The notes under the pieces were generated by a model. That model worked only from the letters and a program-made list of their open reading frames with translations. It searched no databases and was not told where the DNA came from. The position numbers were made by a program, and so were the translations under genes. This document shows, piece by piece, positions 34,518 through 40,328 of a stretch of DNA of 40,328 nucleotides. Location: positions 1 through 40,328 of the IMG/VR virus record IMGVR_UViG_3300012665_000278; one strand, written 5' to 3'. The DNA is from a virus. Taxonomy: Duplodnaviria; Caudoviricetes. Position 1 is the stretch's first letter. Each line of letters begins with the position of its first letter.

Positions 34518-35932
34518 TTCTTCTTCTCCTCAGGAGGTTTAATTTTACTAAAAGTATCAGTAGTCGTTGAATACTTAGGTGCGCCAGTTGGATCTACTGG
34601 AGCCGCAACTGCTTTAGTTTTGTCTTTTGTAAATGCCGTTGGGTTTAAGTTTTCATGTCCCATCCACGGCTCGCCTGTTTTAGTAGCAGATATTCTGCCA
34701 GGACGTCTATTTGCCTTTGCGGCTTTAGTAGCAGTTGGGCCGTTCATATCAATACTGCCCGCTGTTTCTCTATGGGCGGCACTGTTAATATTAGTTTGTC
34801 GAGTAGCTGTCATATTTGCGTTTGCGCCAGCATTTAAATTTATATCACCTGCTATTGATGTAAGATTAATATCTCTTTCAGCAGTAAGATTAATATCAGT
34901 GTTTGAATACACACTAACACTATCTTTAGCATAGATATCAATTTTGCCGTTACTAGTCAGTTCAATCCATGTAGTGCCGCGAGCATTACCAATATAGATT
35001 AAATCTTCTGAGTTGTGTAAAAGTATTTGATGTCCTGTACGTGTACGGATGCGAAATAATTCGTTATGCGGTATATCAGCTCGATCGCCTGGAAGTTTTG
35101 GTGTAGGTTCACCTTGCTCTACTGCGGAATATTCTGGGGGGCCGCCTGGAGAATCGGGAAAGATACCAGCTGTGGTTTTTCTTAAGTATTTGTCATCGCC
35201 GTCGTCCATTACAAATGTAGTACCACCAAGGCGACTTACAAACGCATCAGGAATTGCGTGTTCTGCTTTGCCTACCTTACCACGTTTAGCACCGTTACGT
35301 TTGTCTAGCGGGCCTGGTGTACTGATACCAAATACTGCGCTAGGAACTTCTCGGCGAGCACTGCTGGTAGTAATACCTCTAGTGTCATCTTTAACAAGGC
35401 CTTGCTCTTCAAGGTACTTAACAGAAGTAATATGTTTAGGTTTTTTAATTTTAGTAGGATCCGACGGAGTAGCATTTAATTTCTTATTATACTCTGCTAC
35501 TGGTAATCTTCCGCCGCCTTCAACAACTTGTTCGGTGGCGGCATTTCCAGGAACTGAAAAGTTCATGTTCTCATCAGGAATACAACCAATCCAGTATCCA
35601 CGACGTGGATCACCATCGATGAAGATTACCATAACTCGAGATCCAGGATCAGGAGGTATCATCCACATACCGTATGATTTCTGTGTGTTATTATAATCGT
35701 TAGGGTCTTGAGCAACATGAGATACATCTGTCTGACCCCAGAACGGTGACATCATTTTAACTTGATGTAATTCACCTTCAGAGTTAGTATTACCAACGTC
35801 TCGTAATATTTCAACTTCTAATACACCCATGTAACTTGGATCAAGGTGACTAACAACCCTAGCTATAAATGGGCCTGTGGCGCCGCCTGCTTTGGCGGTG
35901 TCCGGTGAATGATCTTCGTTGTAGTTTGCCAT
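34514..35932 (-). CDS. gp5: Central spike / hub protein, gp5/VgrG-like (OB-fold plus beta-helix, no lysozyme domain)
   Basis: 472 aa. OB-fold motifs ARVVSHLDP.YMG.LEV and GMWMIPPDPGSRVMVIFIDGD...GYWIG, then beta-helix IRTRTGHQILL..SEDLIYIGNARGTTWIEL and DINLTAERDINL. Adjacent to gp25. Confidence 0.85.
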   Translation of the reverse strand: MANYNEDHSPDTAKAGGATGPFIARVVSHLDPSYMGVLEVEILRDVGNTNSEGELHQVKMMSPFWGQTDVSHVAQDPNDYNNTQKSYGMWMIPPDPGSRVMVIFIDGDPRRGYWIGCIPDENMNFSVPGNAATEQVVEGGGRLPVAEYNKKLNATPSDPTKIKKPKHITSVKYLEEQGLVKDDTRGITTSSARREVPSAVFGISTPGPLDKRNGAKRGKVGKAEHAIPDAFVSRLGGTTFVMDDGDDKYLRKTTAGIFPDSPGGPPEYSAVEQGEPTPKLPGDRADIPHNELFRIRTRTGHQILLHNSEDLIYIGNARGTTWIELTSNGKIDIYAKDSVSVYSNTDINLTAERDINLTSIAGDINLNAGANANMTATRQTNINSAAHRETAGSIDMNGPTATKAAKANRRPGRISATKTGEPWMGHENLNPTAFTKDKTKAVAAPVDPTGAPKYSTTTDTFSKIKPPEEKKK

Positions 35933-35941
35933 CTATATCTC

Positions 35942-38191
35942 TTATTGTTTTGTTGCCGGTTTAGTTGACGGCTGTTTTGTTGCTGGTTTCTTAGCCGGCT
36001 CTTGAGCGGCAGTCGGCTGTGGAGTAGATACGTTAAGTACTTGGTCTTTTGTACCTTCTTCTTTAAGCTCTTGCTGAATACGTCTTGCTCCGCTTAGTGT
36101 TTGTGTAAATCGGCCGCCACGGAAGTTGCTAACAATAGTGTTTACATAATACAACCCACTAAAGCCAATTACAGGTGCGCTCTTACTTTGGCCTCCAAAG
36201 TTATACAACCCAGTGCTTTGATTAATATCAATTGGTGTTCTAAAATTAACAAGGATATCCACTTCACCACTTTGCCAATTAACTGTGCCGTCTTTGTTTA
36301 GATTACTAGTTTCCGGTTGTGAAGTATAATTGCCTTGTCCGCTTTGCGCAACAAAGTATGGATCTCCCATAATGTCCATGTTGAGTGTTATCATATCACT
36401 GCCGTAAGTAATAGCATCGTGGAATACCTTGGCTGCTCGTGACGCATAATCATCTGGGCCGCCACCTTTCCTATCAGAGCCTGTAGAAGTATTTGTATAA
36501 GAAACAGTAGTAGCGTGTGCTCCAGGCTCTTTGCTGGGATTATTACCTTTACCGAGCGGTTGTTTCTCAGCTTCTTCGCTTATATTTGATCCAGATTGTG
36601 ATTCTGTTACAATATCTTGGCTTCGTTTCAAACTATCAGCTGTAATTAACGCATCTATACTATTTTTAAATTCAATATCAAATTTTAAAACTTCAGTATT
36701 TTTACCGGTGTACAAATAATTATAATGTTTAACTGCTTGTTTTTTTAACTCGTCAAAACCCGGGGCCCTAACGTTAGGAGCGGCTAATCTACTAGAATGT
36801 GTTTCGTAAGGAATGACTCGGTACACAATTAATCTAGGAGACTTACCAGTTTGTTTTAAATTTGCTTTAGACGATAACACATAAACTTGTGTGTCAATTC
36901 TCCACCACTTACGCATACCTGTTTTAGTTAAGTTAGCGGCGTCTAATGCTAAGTTAGCATATCGACTGGCCATTAACACTTGATTAATTGCGGTTGGAAT
37001 ATCTGTATTTTGACTAAATTTAAAAGTACCCACGTTTACCGGTGATGCGTTATCACCTCGAGTGTATACCTTTGTCTTAGGATTATATACTGCGTTGTCG
37101 TTACTAACTGGAGTATCGCCCTTACGGTCAATACTATATCCCATGCTTGCTCTACCAATTGCGTTACACTGGCCATCTGGCTGGATTAGTGTCTTGTTTA
37201 CATCACTGTAGGCAACTCCTAGTTTTTTCAATATATCCGACGGAGCGGCTGTTGTTGATGTAGTAGCAGTACTCTTTTTTTCTGTTTGTGTAGAATCATT
37301 CTGCGGAGCAGATTCACTAGCAACTTCGTTTGGAAATAAAATTAAAACTTCATCAGGTACATTAACAATTTTATCTTTCTTATATTGCTGAAGGCGCTGA
37401 TTTATAACTGCTTGTAAACTCTTCTCACCTGTTTGTAGTACTTCTTGAACAGTAGCACCCTTAATTGAGGTATCGCTTTTTAAGTCTGCTGTCTTAGATG
37501 CTAAGGCAGGTGAGTTAGCGGCATTACAAGAACAACTATATTTTGCTCCGTTTTGGCTCACCTGCATATTATAACTAGTAAAATTAAAAGGTATCTGTCT
37601 GCTAGTATTTGGTACTTTTTCCATTATACCGTTTTCTTTATTGCCTCTAAAATCAATTGTCAACAAAAAAACACATTCACGATAGTTTGCCCAGCCAGCT
37701 TGTTGGGCGGCTGTTTGAATGGCTATTAAAAATAAACCCATACTATATGGTTCAATAATATCAAACGTCAAGGTAGTTACGTTCGTGTTGTTTCCCTTTT
37801 CAAAACCAATAGTGCTGTTAAGGACTAGATTGTCTATAAAAAAATCAAATTTGCCGTAAGGGGTTTGTATTCTGTTACTAGGATCAGCGTTAGCAGACTT
37901 AGCAACTAGCGGAACACGCTTACCTGCTCTATATGTAGAGTCAGGAGTGTTAAAGTCAAACTGGGTCAATACACCAATGCCAAGCACATAATCATATGTT
38001 GCGTATGCTGAAAGAGGATTTGGTATTGGTAATTTAACGTTGTTAGGATTACCAATACTAGATAAGAATGATGATATGCTGTTAACAGCACCACCAATGG
38101 CATTTGAAACGCTTGACAGAGCTGAGGCAGGCCCGGAATCTATTAAGGCTTTTGCCGAGTTAACTACAGATGTTGCGCCTTTAATATCCAT
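35942..38191 (-). CDS. Baseplate hub protein (gp27/gpD-like, enlarged)
   Basis: 749 aa, between the gp53-like and gp5-like genes. C-terminal LNMDIMGDP and FSGLYYVNTIVSNFRGGRFTQTL are typical of hub proteins. Confidence 0.7.
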   Translation of the reverse strand: MDIKGATSVVNSAKALIDSGPASALSSVSNAIGGAVNSISSFLSSIGNPNNVKLPIPNPLSAYATYDYVLGIGVLTQFDFNTPDSTYRAGKRVPLVAKSANADPSNRIQTPYGKFDFFIDNLVLNSTIGFEKGNNTNVTTLTFDIIEPYSMGLFLIAIQTAAQQAGWANYRECVFLLTIDFRGNKENGIMEKVPNTSRQIPFNFTSYNMQVSQNGAKYSCSCNAANSPALASKTADLKSDTSIKGATVQEVLQTGEKSLQAVINQRLQQYKKDKIVNVPDEVLILFPNEVASESAPQNDSTQTEKKSTATTSTTAAPSDILKKLGVAYSDVNKTLIQPDGQCNAIGRASMGYSIDRKGDTPVSNDNAVYNPKTKVYTRGDNASPVNVGTFKFSQNTDIPTAINQVLMASRYANLALDAANLTKTGMRKWWRIDTQVYVLSSKANLKQTGKSPRLIVYRVIPYETHSSRLAAPNVRAPGFDELKKQAVKHYNYLYTGKNTEVLKFDIEFKNSIDALITADSLKRSQDIVTESQSGSNISEEAEKQPLGKGNNPSKEPGAHATTVSYTNTSTGSDRKGGGPDDYASRAAKVFHDAITYGSDMITLNMDIMGDPYFVAQSGQGNYTSQPETSNLNKDGTVNWQSGEVDILVNFRTPIDINQSTGLYNFGGQSKSAPVIGFSGLYYVNTIVSNFRGGRFTQTLSGARRIQQELKEEGTKDQVLNVSTPQPTAAQEPAKKPATKQPSTKPATKQ

Positions 38192-38194
38192 GTG

Positions 38195-38494
38195 TTATAA
38201 TCCTAATACTGTAAACAAACTGCTTTTCTTTGGAATGTAAATTTTAGCGCCGGGTACAAAATCAAATATAGGATCTTGTAACACATCTAAATTTCGTTGA
38301 ATAAAGACCCACCACAAAGATGCTTCTCCATATAAGTCAAATGCTAGCAAGTCTGGACGATACGCATACTGAGCTTGAATAGCATATAAAAAATCATCCG
38401 GCTCTGCGCTTACAGGTCTAATTGCCAGTAGGTCAAGATAGTCTTGTTTAAATGGTGTTGTATACCAAGGACTAGTATTAATATATTCTGCCAT
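38195..38494 (-). CDS. Baseplate wedge protein, gp53/LysM-like
   Basis: 99 aa. YRPDLLAFDLYGEASLWWVFIQRN...DF.PG..IYIP is the gp53/LysM-type motif. Confidence 0.8.
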   Translation of the reverse strand: MAEYINTSPWYTTPFKQDYLDLLAIRPVSAEPDDFLYAIQAQYAYRPDLLAFDLYGEASLWWVFIQRNLDVLQDPIFDFVPGAKIYIPKKSSLFTVLGL

Positions 38495-38496
38495 GA

Positions 38497-39510
38497 TTAT
38501 AAGTATCCAAAAGTATTATTAAGATATCCGCCGGTAACAAATCTATCAAGACTAAATTTACGAGCACTATCTCTACTGTAAACAGGCTGTAGGGTTACAC
38601 TAAAACTGCTTTTAGTAGGAACGTGTGCTTGGCCGCCACTAGTAGTGCCACCTAATCCAAATGACCCCATAAGTCCGGCAACTTGTCCAACGCCGCCTGC
38701 TACGTTACTTACCGCACCAGTGATGCCGCCAAGGCTAGGAATGGCACTGCCAATTGATCCTGCGAGGCCGCCAACTGAATCAGCAATGCCTTCAATCTCT
38801 CCTGCCGCACTACCTACTACATCACACGCAATATAGTCAGCATCCTCAGGCAATGTTGTACTAAAACTAGTTAAGACTACTGGTACGTTTTTAAAAACAT
38901 AATTACCGTATCCGTTTAAAAATACAATTGGTGGCGGGTTACCGGCTTTTGGATCATTGCCAGCAAACTGATGAGCTAAACTTCTTAGCAGATGAACGGC
39001 CGCAATCCAATACTTGGCTTGTTCAGCATCTTCCACATTCATCTTTGCGTTAATTTCAATTGTTCCAGGGTCGCTGTTTTTCCAAACTTTAAAAGGATAA
39101 TTTGTTTGTGACACTGGAACCGTTTCATATGTTGAGTTTGCCTTGATTGAAATTGTTGGTGTATACGGAAATACTAATCCGCCAGCTTCTTTCAATGGTG
39201 CTAATACTGCGCTGTTTTTAAAACTTACCCAGTTTGGTAAACTAATCCTAACCCGCCAGTCATTGGCATTAGCGTCACCTCCAAACAACGAAACAGCACT
39301 CATTATATCGCCGATAGCTTCTCCTGCGCTCGGTAGGTCAATACTACGTACCGCACTGGCAACTCCACCGGAAGAATACGATGATGATAGCGCAGACCCC
39401 AGACGACTTGCTGTGCCGACAGCGGCACTTACTGCGCCAAATGTTGCTGTTGCGGCTCCAATTTTTGAGTTAATACTCGATCCACCGTCAAACGATTTTG
39501 CTCTAGTCAT
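38497..39510 (-). CDS. Tail tube initiator / baseplate-tube junction protein (gp48/gp54-like)
   Basis: 337 aa. Tube-fold motifs GLVFPYTPTI, GNPPPIVFLNGYGNYVFKNVPVVLTSFSTTLPEDADY and VPTKSSFSVTLQP. First gene of the baseplate operon. Confidence 0.7.
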   Translation of the reverse strand: MTRAKSFDGGSSINSKIGAATATFGAVSAAVGTASRLGSALSSSYSSGGVASAVRSIDLPSAGEAIGDIMSAVSLFGGDANANDWRVRISLPNWVSFKNSAVLAPLKEAGGLVFPYTPTISIKANSTYETVPVSQTNYPFKVWKNSDPGTIEINAKMNVEDAEQAKYWIAAVHLLRSLAHQFAGNDPKAGNPPPIVFLNGYGNYVFKNVPVVLTSFSTTLPEDADYIACDVVGSAAGEIEGIADSVGGLAGSIGSAIPSLGGITGAVSNVAGGVGQVAGLMGSFGLGGTTSGGQAHVPTKSSFSVTLQPVYSRDSARKFSLDRFVTGGYLNNTFGYL

Positions 39511-39534
39511 AATAAATATTTCCTTTTGGTAACA

Positions 39535-39542
39535 TATTTAGT
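39535..39542 (-). promoter_or_regulatory. T4-late-like promoter motif ACTAAATA heading the baseplate operon
   Basis: Intergenic, 24 nt upstream of the ATG at 39510. Identical 8-mer to the motif at 5245-5252. Confidence 0.6.
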
Positions 39543-39570
39543 TGACTTTTTAATGTGCGTAGTTTATAAT
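39542..39570 (+). promoter_or_regulatory. Sigma70-type promoter for the late sigma gene
   Basis: TTGACT (39542-39547), a 17-bp spacer, then TATAAT (39565-39570). GGAG SD at 39581-39584 and ATG at 39594. Confidence 0.8.
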
Positions 39571-39593
39571 AATACTATCCGGAGATATCATTA

Positions 39594-40328
39594 ATGACAG
39601 CAAAAGTAAATTACCTAAACAACAAGGATATGTTGTTAGAGATACACAAGAGTAAGAGCACATATTGTAGTTTTACCGATCCAAAGTACCATCAATATGA
39701 CATTATTTTGCCAAGTTTAGACAAAATAAACATACGCACGATAGCCGAAGCTAAAAGAAATCAGGCCAAAAGAATAGGTGATTTGGACTACCAAACTCGC
39801 AAAAAAGCCGGTGAAAAAGTTAAACAAGCCGACTGCGAAGTAGACTATAAGAAGATTCAAAAGACAGATTTAGTCTTTAGAATCATGACGTTTGAACACA
39901 TTCCGCTTAATAATACACGGAAGAAAAATCCTAAGAGTCTTGCGGATCACAGAGATAAAGTTAACTTTCCTCCGTTTCAACATTGGCGATTTAATGATGA
40001 AGACGAGTTAGTATGCGTTGGAAAGAGTCACTGGAAGGGTCCTTTAGATACCGGATACTTCGATAAAGATGCGGGCCAAATAACTAACACCTTAGCAAGA
40101 ATGATGATTAAACTATGTGAGCGTTATGCTACACGTGGTAACGTTCGCGGCTATACCTACAACGATGAGATGAAGGGACAAGCCATTTTACAATTAACAC
40201 AGATTGGATTACAATTTGACGAATCTAAAAGCGATAATCCGTTTGCTTATTTTACTGCCGCAGTTACTAATAGTTTTGTGCGGGTTATTAATATTGAAAA
40301 GCGCAACCAAAATATTCGCGACGACATC
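39594..40328 (+). CDS. gp55: Late-transcription sigma factor, T4 gp55-like (3' end outside window)
   Basis: 245 open codons by my translation. NYLNNKDML, ERYATRGNVRGYTYNDEM and QFDESKSDNPFAYFTAAVTNSFVRVINIEK match gp55 motifs. Not in the ORF track. Confidence 0.9.
   Translation, partial: MTAKVNYLNNKDMLLEIHKSKSTYCSFTDPKYHQYDIILPSLDKINIRTIAEAKRNQAKRIGDLDYQTRKKAGEKVKQADCEVDYKKIQKTDLVFRIMTFEHIPLNNTRKKNPKSLADHRDKVNFPPFQHWRFNDEDELVCVGKSHWKGPLDTGYFDKDAGQITNTLARMMIKLCERYATRGNVRGYTYNDEMKGQAILQLTQIGLQFDESKSDNPFAYFTAAVTNSFVRVINIEKRNQNIRDDI

Noticed and set aside
35049-35696. 215-aa plus-strand ORF and the other short plus-strand or alternate-frame ORFs in the track
   Set aside because: All are nested in or antisense to supported genes, and I saw no motifs or expression signals for them.
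30561-39510. Bacterial contractile injection system (eCIS, T6SS or tailocin) instead of a phage
   Set aside because: The gp55-like sigma factor, T4-late-like motifs, thyX and T4-like gene order point to a large lytic phage.
1-40328. Stop-codon reassignment
   Set aside because: The standard code gives near-complete coding density, including a 4877-aa ORF and clean stop/start overlaps.

Overview
This window is a slice of a large, AT-rich T4-superfamily (jumbo-type) myophage genome. Almost all of it is one minus-strand tail and baseplate region. In transcription order it encodes: a tube-initiator-like protein, a gp53/LysM-like protein, a hub protein, a gp5-like spike without lysozyme, gp25, an enlarged gp6, a 4877-aa gp7-position wedge protein, a gp9/10-type repeat fibre, a subtilisin (S8) protease, a small baseplate-region protein, three paralogous fibre proteins and a 295-aa structural protein. 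Directly downstream is a tightly coupled six-gene cassette with four GT-A-fold glycosyltransferase-like genes, arranged as two paralog pairs, each pair preceded by a small unknown protein. Two plus-strand genes are cut by the window edges and missing from the ORF track: the 3' end of thyX (left) and a gp55-like late sigma factor (right). A T4-late-like TAAATA promoter motif recurs in the short intergenic gaps, and two near-consensus sigma70 promoters are visible. The best candidate for an undescribed system is the glycosyltransferase cassette, possibly for virion or fibre glycosylation. All product calls come from motif recognition by eye, not from database searches.
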